The notes below the pieces were generated by a model. The model did no database searches. It saw only the letters and a list, made by a program, of their open reading frames with translations, and was not told the origin of the DNA. A stretch of 64,000 nt of DNA. Source: an uncultured Prevotellaceae bacterium. Lineage in GTDB: Bacteria > Bacteroidota > Bacteroidia > Bacteroidales > Bacteroidaceae. The stretch spans positions 12,846 through 76,845 of the forward strand of contig CAMZHV010000001.1 of NCBI GenBank assembly GCA_947307015.1. Direction: 5' to 3'. Position numbers and translations under genes: made by a program. Shown piece after piece: positions 45,341 through 53,989 of the stretch; the stretch's first letter is position 1, and each line of letters opens with the position of its first letter.

Positions 45341-46900
45341 ATGAACCTTTTATCTATCGACCCTGCAGCCATCGACTGGGCGCGAGCGCAGTTTGCCCTC
45401 ACGGCCATCTATCACTGGCTCTTTGTCCCATTAACTTTGGGAGTTGGCCTCATCATGGCCATCATTGAAACAAAGTACTACCGCACAGGTGACGCGTTCT
45501 GGCGTCGTGCGGCACAATTCTGGCAGCGCCTCTTTGGCATCAACTTCGCCATGGGCGTAGCCACGGGCATCATCCTCGAGTTCGAGTTTGGCACTAACTG
45601 GTCCAACTACTCCTGGTTTGTCGGCGACATCTTCGGTGCGCCTTTAGCCATCGAGGGTATCGTGGCGTTCTTCATGGAATCGACCTTCGTGGCCGTTATG
45701 TATTTCGGTTGGGAGAAAGTGTCGCGAGGCTTCCACTTGGCTTCGACTTGGCTCACCTGGCTCGGCGCCACCATCTCGGCGTGGTGGATCCTCGTCGCCA
45801 ACTCATGGATGCAATATCCCGTGGGCTGCGAATTCAACCCCGACACCATGCGCAATGAGATGACTTCGTTCCTCGATGTGGCTCTCTCGCCCTTTGCCAT
45901 CGACAAGTTCTGCCACACCGTCATCTCATCTTGGATTGTCGGCGCCGTCTTCGTAGTGGCTGTTTCGGCATGGTACCTCCTCAAGAAACGCGAAGCCGAG
46001 CGCGCGCTGGCACTCAAGAGCTTACGCATCGGAGCCATCGTGGGACTCATCGCTGCTGTGCTGGCTGGTGCTACGGGCCACAAGTCGGCACAGACAGTCG
46101 CCGCCGTGCAACCCATGAAGCTCGCCGCCATGGAGGCGCTCTACGACGGCGGCAACGCTCAGGGACTCAAAATTATAGAAGGCATCGAGGTGCCCTACGC
46201 CCTCTCCTTCATGGCTACCAACGACTTCAACGGCTTCGTGCCCGGTATTAATGATATATTAAAAGGTTACACGCGCGAGGACGGCACAGTAGAACCGTCA
46301 GCTCAGGAGAAGCGCGAGCGTGGGCAGATGGCCATCACAGCCCTCGAGAACTACCGCCGCCTCAAGGCTGACGAGAAAACCTTTGCCGACCAGGATCCCG
46401 ACGGCTACATCACCGCTGCCAAGGAAAAACAGCTGGCTATACTCAAAGAGAATATGCCCTACTTCGGCTACGGGTATATCAAGGACGAGGCCGAATTGGT
46501 GCCTCCCGTGGCAGTCAATTTCTGGGCTTTCCGCGTGATGGTTGGCTTCGGCGGTCTCTTCATCCTCTTCTTCGCCTACATTCTTTTCCTCAACTGGCGC
46601 AAAAAAGATATTTCCTCGATGAAATGGCTACTTTGGCTCAGCATCATCCTCGTGCCCTGCGCATACATCTGCTCTGAAAGCGGCTGGCTCGTGGCAGAGT
46701 TTGGACGCCAGCCCTGGACGATACAAGATATGCTACCCGTCGCTGCCTCCGTCTCGGACATCGGTTCTGGCGCCGTCGCCACGACCTTCTGGCTTTTCCT
46801 CGCGCTCTTCACCACGATGCTTGCCGTGGAAATCAATATCATGTTGAAACAGATTAAAAAGGGAGATCCCCTCCTCACTCCCCCTCAAGGGGGAGAGTAG
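45341..46900 (+). CDS. cydA: Cytochrome bd ubiquinol oxidase subunit I
   Basis: 519 aa. ARAQFALTAIYHWLFVPLTLG and GRQPWTIQDMLP motifs. The last 11 codons are a repeat arm. Confidence 0.95.
   Translation: MNLLSIDPAAIDWARAQFALTAIYHWLFVPLTLGVGLIMAIIETKYYRTGDAFWRRAAQFWQRLFGINFAMGVATGIILEFEFGTNWSNYSWFVGDIFGAPLAIEGIVAFFMESTFVAVMYFGWEKVSRGFHLASTWLTWLGATISAWWILVANSWMQYPVGCEFNPDTMRNEMTSFLDVALSPFAIDKFCHTVISSWIVGAVFVVAVSAWYLLKKREAERALALKSLRIGAIVGLIAAVLAGATGHKSAQTVAAVQPMKLAAMEALYDGGNAQGLKIIEGIEVPYALSFMATNDFNGFVPGINDILKGYTREDGTVEPSAQEKRERGQMAITALENYRRLKADEKTFADQDPDGYITAAKEKQLAILKENMPYFGYGYIKDEAELVPPVAVNFWAFRVMVGFGGLFILFFAYILFLNWRKKDISSMKWLLWLSIILVPCAYICSESGWLVAEFGRQPWTIQDMLPVAASVSDIGSGAVATTFWLFLALFTTMLAVEINIMLKQIKKGDPLLTPPQGGE
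46865..46897 (+). repeat. C-tail module variant (left arm of the cydA|cydB doublet), forms the cydA C-terminus
   Basis: GATCCCCTCCTCACTCCCCCTCAAGGGGGAGAG. Translated as DPLLTPPQGGE, then stop. Confidence 0.65.
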
Positions 46901-46965
46901 TCACCTCTAAGAATCGATTCAAACTACTCATCTCTCATCTTTAATCTCTCATCTTTTCTCATATT

Positions 46966-48228
46966 ATGATTACTTTTAGTTCTCTCATAAGTCTATTACA
47001 AACCGCCCTTCCCATTGCGGGGGAGCAGGAAGGGTGGCTGTCTTATTCCTTTCTCCAACACTATTGGTGCTTCGTTGTCGCACTGCTCGGCGCCATCCTC
47101 GTGTTCCTGCTCTTCGTCCAGGGTGCCAACTCTGTAGCCGGCAGCCTTGGATACACAGAGGAGGGCCGTCGCCTCGTCTATAACTCCACGGGCCGCAAGT
47201 GGGAGTTCACCTTCACCACGCTCGTCACCTTTGGCGGTGCTTTCTTTGCATCATATCCCCTGTTCTACAGTACTTCATTCGGCAGTGCTTATTGGCTGTG
47301 GATGCTCATCTTGTTCACTTTCGTGGTTCAGGCGGTGAGCTACGAGTTCCAGAACAAACTTGGCAACTTCTTCGGCCCTAAACCCTTCCAGTTCTGCCTT
47401 ACCCTCAACGGCATCCTCGGCCCGCTACTCCTCGGCGGCGCCGTTGCCACTTTCTTCGAAGGTAGTAATTTTATTGTAGAAAAAGGAAACCTCATCACTG
47501 GGGCTGGGGGTGGGTCTCTCGTTATCTCCCACTGGGCCAACGCTTCTCACGGTCTTGACGCCCTACTCAACCCCTGGGTGCTTGTTTTCGGCTTTGCTGT
47601 CGTCTTCTTGGCTCGCACGTTAGGCATCCTCTACGTCATGAACAATGTCGATGACGAGGACATCCGCAGTCGTGGCAGTGTGCGTCTTATCGGCGCCGCC
47701 GTGCCCTTCGTCATCCTCTTCGTGGCCTACCTCGTACACTTGCTCCTTAAGGACGGCTATGCCTACGACCCCACCACCGGTGTTATCTTCATGGAGCCCT
47801 ATAAGTACCTGCACAACCTGCTCGACATGTGGTACCTCCTTATTATATTATTAACAGGTGTAGTCCTCGTGCTCTACGGCATCGCCATCGAAATCTTCGG
47901 TCGGTCAGATAAATTGTCAAATCGTAAATGGTTAAATAGTCAAATCAACAAGGGTATCTGGCCTGCTGGTATCGGTACCGTGCTTACCGTGCTCGCCCTG
48001 CTGCTTTGCTCCGCTTGGAACAACACCGCCTACTACCCCTCTACCGCTGACCTGCAGTCGTCGCTCACCATGCAAAACTCCTGCAGCAGCGAATTCACCC
48101 TACGCACCATGTTCTACGTCTCTCTCCTCGTCCCCTTCGTTCTGGCTTACATCATCTACTGCTGGCGAGCCATTGATGCTAAAAAGATCACCAAGGAGGA
48201 GATCATGGAAGGAGAGCATACGTATTGA
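46966..48228 (+). CDS. cydB: Cytochrome bd ubiquinol oxidase subunit II
   Basis: 420 aa. FLQHYWCFVVALLGAILVFLLFVQG is a typical CydB N-terminus. It is preceded by 24 codons from spacer + repeat arm that supply the only usable ATG. Confidence 0.9.
   Translation: MITFSSLISLLQTALPIAGEQEGWLSYSFLQHYWCFVVALLGAILVFLLFVQGANSVAGSLGYTEEGRRLVYNSTGRKWEFTFTTLVTFGGAFFASYPLFYSTSFGSAYWLWMLILFTFVVQAVSYEFQNKLGNFFGPKPFQFCLTLNGILGPLLLGGAVATFFEGSNFIVEKGNLITGAGGGSLVISHWANASHGLDALLNPWVLVFGFAVVFLARTLGILYVMNNVDDEDIRSRGSVRLIGAAVPFVILFVAYLVHLLLKDGYAYDPTTGVIFMEPYKYLHNLLDMWYLLIILLTGVVLVLYGIAIEIFGRSDKLSNRKWLNSQINKGIWPAGIGTVLTVLALLLCSAWNNTAYYPSTADLQSSLTMQNSCSSEFTLRTMFYVSLLVPFVLAYIIYCWRAIDAKKITKEEIMEGEHTY
47003..47037 (-). 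repeat. C-tail module variant (right arm of the cydA|cydB doublet), translated in cydB
   Basis: CCGCCCTTCCCATTGCGGGGGAGCAGGAAGGGTGG. Translated as ALPIAGEQEGW. Confidence 0.6.
47907..47945. repeat. AT-rich tandem NNNAAAT repeats in frame in cydB
   Basis: gtcaaat cgtaaat ggttaaat agtcaaat. Translated as DKLSNRKWLNSQI. Resembles the AAATCGTAAA motif upstream of pdxJ and the DJ-1 gene. Confidence 0.45.
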
Positions 48229-48803
48229 TGATTGTACGATTGCCGACGGCATATCTGGGGCCTGTGTCGTGGTATGCGGCATGGGCGAAGGCCGACGCAG
48301 TGATCGTGGAACAGCACGAGCACTACGTCAAGCAGACTTGGCGCAATCGCTGCCGCATCGCTATGCCCGACGGACCGCAGGACCTGATCGTACCCGTGGA
48401 GGCGGCAGCCAATCACACGCCTATCCGCGACATACGCCTCAGCGACCACGGCAACTGGCGCCACCACCACTGGAGCGCCCTGCGCACGGCCTACGGTAAG
48501 AGCCCCTTTTTTGAATACTACGCCGACGACTTCGCGCCCCTCTATGCACAGCGCTTCACCTTTCTCATCGATTTCAATGAGGCGCTGCGCGAGGTCGTCG
48601 GGCAGTTGTTGGATCTCGATGTTCCCGTACGCCGCAGTACGGCCTACGCCCCCACAGTACCATTCGCCGACTTGCCCGTGCCGGCAAAACATTACTATCA
48701 AGTCTTCAACCAACGTTTAGGCTTCCTGCCTAACCTAAGCATCGCCGACCTTCTCTTCAACCTCGGTCCTGAAGGCCTCCTCTACTTGACGTGTACTGAA
48801 TAA
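48225..48803 (+). CDS. WbqC-family protein
   Basis: 192 aa. PTAYLGPVSWY...QTWRNRCRI...HW.ALRTAYGKSPFFEYY pattern. ATGA overlap with cydB. Confidence 0.75.
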   Translation: MMIVRLPTAYLGPVSWYAAWAKADAVIVEQHEHYVKQTWRNRCRIAMPDGPQDLIVPVEAAANHTPIRDIRLSDHGNWRHHHWSALRTAYGKSPFFEYYADDFAPLYAQRFTFLIDFNEALREVVGQLLDLDVPVRRSTAYAPTVPFADLPVPAKHYYQVFNQRLGFLPNLSIADLLFNLGPEGLLYLTCTE

Positions 48804-48853
48804 GCTGACACTTTCTTGATTTCAAGAGTGTGTCAGCTTATTCAGTACACGTC
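48788..48853. terminator. 66-nt near-perfect palindrome (24-bp perfect arms) between convergent genes; probable bidirectional terminator
   Basis: gacgtgtactgaataagctgacac / gtgtcagcttattcagtacacgtc. The 18-nt spacer contains tcttga-tt-tcaaga. The left arm encodes the last 5 codons and stop of the WbqC-like gene. Confidence 0.5.
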
Positions 48854-48875
48854 AGATTATAGGTCAAGGGAAAGG

Positions 48876-51557
48876 CTATTCCTCTTGAATCAGGTGTACA
48901 TCACACTGCGGGAAGGCGATGGTGATACCCGCAGCGGTGAGGGCATCGTAGATGACTTCCTTTGCACGGTCGACGTATGCAATTTTCTCGGCAACGAGCA
49001 CTTGTTGCTTCACGCCGATGTCCACCGCGCTGTCGCTCATGTTGCTAACAATGACGTTGATGCCATACTTGGGATCCACAATCTCGCGGCCGTACTTGTC
49101 CTTGGTGCGCATCTTCTGCATAGCTTCCACCAGTACCTCGCGCACGTGCTTAACCTCCGTGCCGTAGGCCACACCCACTATCAGTGTGGTGAGCTCGTAG
49201 GAATTGTTGCGTGTGAGGTTGTTGAAGTTCTTGCCGAAGAGCGACGAGTTGAGGAACGACATCTCCGTACCTTCGATGGTCTCAGCCAGCACACACTGAT
49301 AGTTGATGGCAGTCACCTTACCTCGAATGCCGTCGCACTCAATCCAGTCGCCAACACGCAAACGTCCGCCCATCAGTTGGATACCATAGATGAAGTTGTT
49401 GATGACATCTTTCAGTGCAAGACCGATACCTGCCGACAGACCTCCCGCCACCAGGCCCAGCGAGCCTGTAGGTATTTTCCAAACGGAGATGACCACCATG
49501 ACAAATGACATCCAGATGATCACGCTGATGATGCTGTTGCCCAAAGAGAGGTTGATTTCATTGGGTCGGATAGAGGTGCGCTTGTGCCTACGCATGAAGG
49601 CAGCATAGCGTAAATACTGCCAGATGGCATGGACGGCCCGGCTGAAATAACACAGGACAAAGTAAAGGATCAAGAGGTAGATGATGCTCTGGCAGGAGAT
49701 CTGCAACATCACTGCACCATTCTTGTCGAAGAACAGGATGAAAGGATTCTCGTAGATCTTCACGTACAGGTCGTCGAAGTCGAACATTCCTAATGACAGG
49801 CGGACGCATAGCGGCAGGGAGAGCAGCACCATGACGGGTATGCCCACCTGACGGATGAGGTCGTAGAGCCAAGTGGCACCTAACAGCAACGACTCTCGGT
49901 CCTCGCCCGACACGTAGGTGATGCGGCTGCGCATGGCATCCAAGCGCTTGTCCAACCACCGCTGCTTATACTGGCTCATCAAATCCAGGAGGCAGAACAC
50001 GGTGAGCCATGCAGCCAACAGGAAATACCACCACACGAGAATGAGCAGCGCCACAAAGGTGTAGCCTAAAAAAGCAAAGACGAAGGCACCGAAGTAGACC
50101 GCCAGCGACACCCATCCCAGGGTGCTATCGATGGAGGCGGCCTTGCCGTTGACCTTGATACAGCAGAACAGCTGCCATACCACTACCAGAAACAAGATGG
50201 GCGGGAAGAGGAATACCATGAGCTTGTCTGGCATAAAGGTAATGCGGCAGGAGATGATGACCAGTACGATCAGGAAGGTGGCAGAATAGAGCAGGAAACC
50301 TGGACGGAACTGATCGGGCTTCACGCGCAGCAGCAGCGAGCCCGAAATCGCAATGAGCAGCCATAGGAAGGTGTTAACGTGCTTGACACCCAGATAGATA
50401 TATTCATCTCCAGATAAGCCATATAAGGAGAATCCAAAGACCAGAAAATAGACGATGGTGCCCGTTAGTATCGAAATGATGGACAATTTTGTCTTGGGGA
50501 CATAGCGTTTCAACCTCGTGAAACGGTAGAGCAATTTAAGCACCAAGAGGGTCATGAGCCAGAAAAAGAACAGCACGACCACTTGAATGATACAGAGGAG
50601 CAACAGCAAGGTGTTTTCAGCCTTGCTGGACCACTGCTGAGTGACTACTTCGCTACTGTTTTCGTCAGCCACTTTTTGCTCAGCATCATCATTACCCAGA
50701 CCCTCCGTCAATTCTTTCAGGCTATACTGCCCTCGCACATCCACCATCGCCTTGCTCCAATAGTAGTCGGGATTGGCGAGGATGTCGAGGAAGGGCGTCT
50801 GCCCCTCCACAAAGACATAGTGCTCAAGCGCGTGATAACGCTTCTCGGCATAGTCGTAGGTCTCCTTCATGCGCAAATAGGCCTCCTGATAATGCGAGCT
50901 GTCGGCAATCACGGTGGCGCGGTTGTCGGCGTTCTTCTTCAGGATCTCTGAGGCAAAGAAGATGCATGAATCACGCAGCGACTGACCTATTGAATCGAGG
51001 ATGAAGGGTGCCGAGAGCGAATCCTTGAAGGCAATCCTGATGATTTCTTTTTCGACCGAGGAGATGGAATCCGAGAAGTGAAGGTCCAACGAGTCGTTAT
51101 GATAGAGGAGGCTGTCGGGTACGATCTCCACCTCTATCTCCTTCATCATCGGCGGCAGCCTGCGCAGGGCTTCGATGAGGCGGGCATAGCGGTCTATCTC
51201 GTAGTTGAGGCTGTTGACGATGTTGTCGTAAGGTCCTCTGTCCTTACTGAAAGCCTGGTATGAGGCCGTCACCTTCTTCAAGGCGTATGCGAGGTCGAAC
51301 GTCATCTCCTGCTCCTGCGTGTAGAGGAGGATGGAGAGTTCGTTCGATTCGTTGATGACGTCAATCATCCGTTGATGTTGGCGCTCATAATCGTCATTGA
51401 ACCGCTGCTGGGCCTCAGCCCGCTGCTGAGAAGTCTTTTGCAGCTCCGTGCAAAGCTCCAGAAGGGTATTTGACAATGAACGCCCGCTAACGATGGCCCA
51501 AAGCGGAATGGCGCACAGGCAGAGGGCAATGGCGAGTGCCAGTAGTTTCTTTCTCAT
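48876..51557 (-). CDS. Mechanosensitive ion channel (MscS family, MscK-like large form)
   Basis: 893 aa. Signal peptide, periplasmic helical domain, about 11 TM helices, MscS core (GDWIECDGIRGKVTAINYQCVLAET). Confidence 0.85.
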   Translation of the reverse strand: MRKKLLALAIALCLCAIPLWAIVSGRSLSNTLLELCTELQKTSQQRAEAQQRFNDDYERQHQRMIDVINESNELSILLYTQEQEMTFDLAYALKKVTASYQAFSKDRGPYDNIVNSLNYEIDRYARLIEALRRLPPMMKEIEVEIVPDSLLYHNDSLDLHFSDSISSVEKEIIRIAFKDSLSAPFILDSIGQSLRDSCIFFASEILKKNADNRATVIADSSHYQEAYLRMKETYDYAEKRYHALEHYVFVEGQTPFLDILANPDYYWSKAMVDVRGQYSLKELTEGLGNDDAEQKVADENSSEVVTQQWSSKAENTLLLLLCIIQVVVLFFFWLMTLLVLKLLYRFTRLKRYVPKTKLSIISILTGTIVYFLVFGFSLYGLSGDEYIYLGVKHVNTFLWLLIAISGSLLLRVKPDQFRPGFLLYSATFLIVLVIISCRITFMPDKLMVFLFPPILFLVVVWQLFCCIKVNGKAASIDSTLGWVSLAVYFGAFVFAFLGYTFVALLILVWWYFLLAAWLTVFCLLDLMSQYKQRWLDKRLDAMRSRITYVSGEDRESLLLGATWLYDLIRQVGIPVMVLLSLPLCVRLSLGMFDFDDLYVKIYENPFILFFDKNGAVMLQISCQSIIYLLILYFVLCYFSRAVHAIWQYLRYAAFMRRHKRTSIRPNEINLSLGNSIISVIIWMSFVMVVISVWKIPTGSLGLVAGGLSAGIGLALKDVINNFIYGIQLMGGRLRVGDWIECDGIRGKVTAINYQCVLAETIEGTEMSFLNSSLFGKNFNNLTRNNSYELTTLIVGVAYGTEVKHVREVLVEAMQKMRTKDKYGREIVDPKYGINVIVSNMSDSAVDIGVKQQVLVAEKIAYVDRAKEVIYDALTAAGITIAFPQCDVHLIQEE

Positions 51558-51569
51558 TTTGTCAATGGT

Positions 51570-52301
51570 TTACCAGTCGTCATCCTCGTTGCCCACAATG
51601 CCGTTCTTCACCGCCTCCTCGACCTTGTCCAGGATAGCGTTGGAATAGGCATGTGTCATCACTAGGGCCTTGGCACAGGTGCGCTTCTGGGCATCTTTCT
51701 CAACGAAGGGATAGTGCTTAGCTATTTCCCACTGCTCATCGTAGAGATTGGCATTGGTCTTGTCGTCGGCCTTGCGCTTGCCGTCCTGATTCGGCTTGTC
51801 ATTATTGTCGGTAGGGCTAAGCCATCCGCCACTTGTGTCCTGCAGGACATCGTAGTTCTGAACCGTATAGGTCACTCGCACACGTCCTTCCTTAATATCA
51901 AGACGTATGAGGGGGGTGATGCTGACGGTGTACTTGCTGAGGGTACCCATGTGTTCTACGATGCTGCGAATCGTCGAGGAGATGATGATGCAGCCTGCTT
52001 CCTTGTCGTTGAGGGTGATGGCATGCTTGTCCTTGAAAGTGGCCGTCGCCCAGTAGTTCAAGGCTACATAAAGTTGCTCCTTCGTTTTACCAGGCACCTC
52101 GATGACCTCCTGATACGTTAGACTGGCGTTCTTGTCGAGGGTCAGACTTTTGGCCAGATTAGCGGCTGCACTGAGCCACTTGTCGCCATATTTTTCCTTA
52201 GCATACTTTTCCAGGTCTTCGGTTTTCATCACCTGTGCCTGAACTCCGACCGCAGCTCCACACACACACAGGAGGACGGTCAACATCCATTTCTTAATCA
52301 T
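51570..52301 (-). CDS. Secreted protein, DUF4468-like (uncertain)
   Basis: 243 aa, signal peptide ending VQAQ. The TKEQLYVALNYWATATFKD...LNDKEAGCII pattern resembles DUF4468. Confidence 0.45.
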   Translation of the reverse strand: MIKKWMLTVLLCVCGAAVGVQAQVMKTEDLEKYAKEKYGDKWLSAAANLAKSLTLDKNASLTYQEVIEVPGKTKEQLYVALNYWATATFKDKHAITLNDKEAGCIIISSTIRSIVEHMGTLSKYTVSITPLIRLDIKEGRVRVTYTVQNYDVLQDTSGGWLSPTDNNDKPNQDGKRKADDKTNANLYDEQWEIAKHYPFVEKDAQKRTCAKALVMTHAYSNAILDKVEEAVKNGIVGNEDDDW

Positions 52302-52343
52302 AGTGCTCTTTTTTATGAGTTATTACTTAGTGATGTTTATGAT

Positions 52344-53459
52344 TTAAAAACTGTATCCGAGGCCGAGGCCAAGGACAGACTTGAACTGTATGCGCTCCTT
52401 CCTGATGCCATCTCTCTCGATGAGGGTTCCGTTGTAGTATTTCAGATGGGTTCCGAGCGTCACATTCAGCATCTTGAGAAGCTGGTAGGAGACATTGACA
52501 TCCCAATCTATATCAAAACGCCCAAACTGGCGGTTCAAATTGGAGTACTGGTAGTAGCCCTCATACACGTATGTAGGATCCTCTTTCTGAATTTCCTGCT
52601 CAAACGCTTCCTTGAGGGGGTATCCTTTACCTTGATATGGTGTGAAGAACGCGAGCGAGGAGCGGAGTGTCAGTTTCTCGTATTTGTAGTCGATAGCACC
52701 CTTGAAAGAGAGGCCGAACTCGCAACGGTAATTGCGTAACTCCAAGGCGGGTTCCTTGTTGTCGAGCTTAATAAACTTGTAAGTACCGTATTTAATCTGC
52801 ATATCCGTGCGGAAATCGAAGTAGTCGTCAGGTAACGGTTTGCCTGCCGCCGTCATGGCCTCCTTATATTCCTCGGTGTATTTCTTGTTCCACGCCTCGC
52901 TGACGTAGGCTGTGGTGATACGTCCCGCTACAGGTGACAGATACACGGAGAAGTCGCAACCGTTCACGCTCTTCTTCCAATCCAGACCGATGGAGATGTC
53001 GGTATAGGAAGGAGACAGCCACTTGGAGATGACAGGGTCGTATTCTTCACTTTTATACTCCCGACCGAGTGCATATTGGCTTTGGAAACTAGCGAGAACG
53101 GTAAGGTACCAATTCTTATGAAACTCCCAGCCGAACTTGGTGGCAAGCTTGATATTGTCGGAGGTTTTTTGAATCTGGTCATCAGCCTGGTCGATCCAGG
53201 TCAGGCCGAAATCGGTGTCGAAATGGGTTTCCCACGCGATGACGTCCTTCTTGTAGAGCAGGTGCAGCTTCGCAAATGTGAGGCCGTTGACATTGTTGTT
53301 ACCGCCAGAAGACCAATTGACCAGACTTGTCGCCGCCGCATTAAGCCCCAACTGGCCATCGAATGTCCACGCCTTCGCGCCCGTCTCTGCTTTTGCTTGC
53401 GCATACAAAGCGGAGACGGTCAGCATACAAAGAACGACAAAGACACTTATTCGTTTCAT
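52344..53459 (-). CDS. Outer-membrane beta-barrel protein, DUF3078-like
   Basis: 371 aa with a signal peptide. WTFDGQLGLNAAATSLVNWSSGGNN opening. C-terminal GLGLGYSF. Confidence 0.55.
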   Translation of the reverse strand: MKRISVFVVLCMLTVSALYAQAKAETGAKAWTFDGQLGLNAAATSLVNWSSGGNNNVNGLTFAKLHLLYKKDVIAWETHFDTDFGLTWIDQADDQIQKTSDNIKLATKFGWEFHKNWYLTVLASFQSQYALGREYKSEEYDPVISKWLSPSYTDISIGLDWKKSVNGCDFSVYLSPVAGRITTAYVSEAWNKKYTEEYKEAMTAAGKPLPDDYFDFRTDMQIKYGTYKFIKLDNKEPALELRNYRCEFGLSFKGAIDYKYEKLTLRSSLAFFTPYQGKGYPLKEAFEQEIQKEDPTYVYEGYYQYSNLNRQFGRFDIDWDVNVSYQLLKMLNVTLGTHLKYYNGTLIERDGIRKERIQFKSVLGLGLGYSF

Positions 53460-53482
53460 TTGTTTCAGAAGGTATGAGACGT

Positions 53483-53989
53483 TCAGAGGCCGAAGCCTTG
53501 GATAGCAGTGTATTGCTCGCGAAGCTTGGTGCGGGCACGGTGAAGGTAGACGCGCACCTGATCTTCGGAGAGGTTGAGCTGGACGGCAATCTCGTGGTAA
53601 GTGAAGCCTTCCACATCGCGGAGTCGGATGATGTCATCTTGCGGCGGTGTCAGCTGTGCGATGAGGTTGGCAATGAGTGCAGAATCGCCGATTTCATCGG
53701 GAGATTGAGTCGCCACGAGGGTATGTTCTACATCCGATTCGCCTTTGGGGGACATAGGCAGGGGAGCCATGCGGTCCATTTTTTTTCGACGGTCTAATGC
53801 CAGGTTCTTGGCAATCTGCATAAGCCAGTTAGGCATACTCTGTATCTGCGGCCATTCGCTGCGCCGCTCCCAGGCCTTGAGCATCGTGTCCTGCACCACA
53901 TCCTCTGCCTCAGCCTTGTCGACCGTGATGCTGAGCGCAAGACGATAGAGGCGATCGCGATGGGGAAGGATGGTGGTGCGGAAATCCAT
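53483..53989 (-). CDS. RNA polymerase ECF-type sigma-70 factor
   Basis: 168 aa. Region 2 (AEDVVQDTMLKAWE) and region 4 (RDVEGFTYHEIAVQLNLSEDQVRVYLHRARTKL). Confidence 0.9.
   Translation of the reverse strand: MDFRTTILPHRDRLYRLALSITVDKAEAEDVVQDTMLKAWERRSEWPQIQSMPNWLMQIAKNLALDRRKKMDRMAPLPMSPKGESDVEHTLVATQSPDEIGDSALIANLIAQLTPPQDDIIRLRDVEGFTYHEIAVQLNLSEDQVRVYLHRARTKLREQYTAIQGFGL

Noticed and set aside
13526-47037. The GC hairpin modules as a CRISPR array or CRISPR remnants
   Set aside because: The copies are scattered over 45 kb, irregularly spaced, in both orientations and mostly inside genes. There are no cas genes.
48225-48803. A functional link between the WbqC-like gene and cydAB, suggested by the ATGA overlap
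   Set aside because: The overlap suggests co-translation, but I know of no functional connection and cannot test synteny conservation. It is noted only in the feature list.
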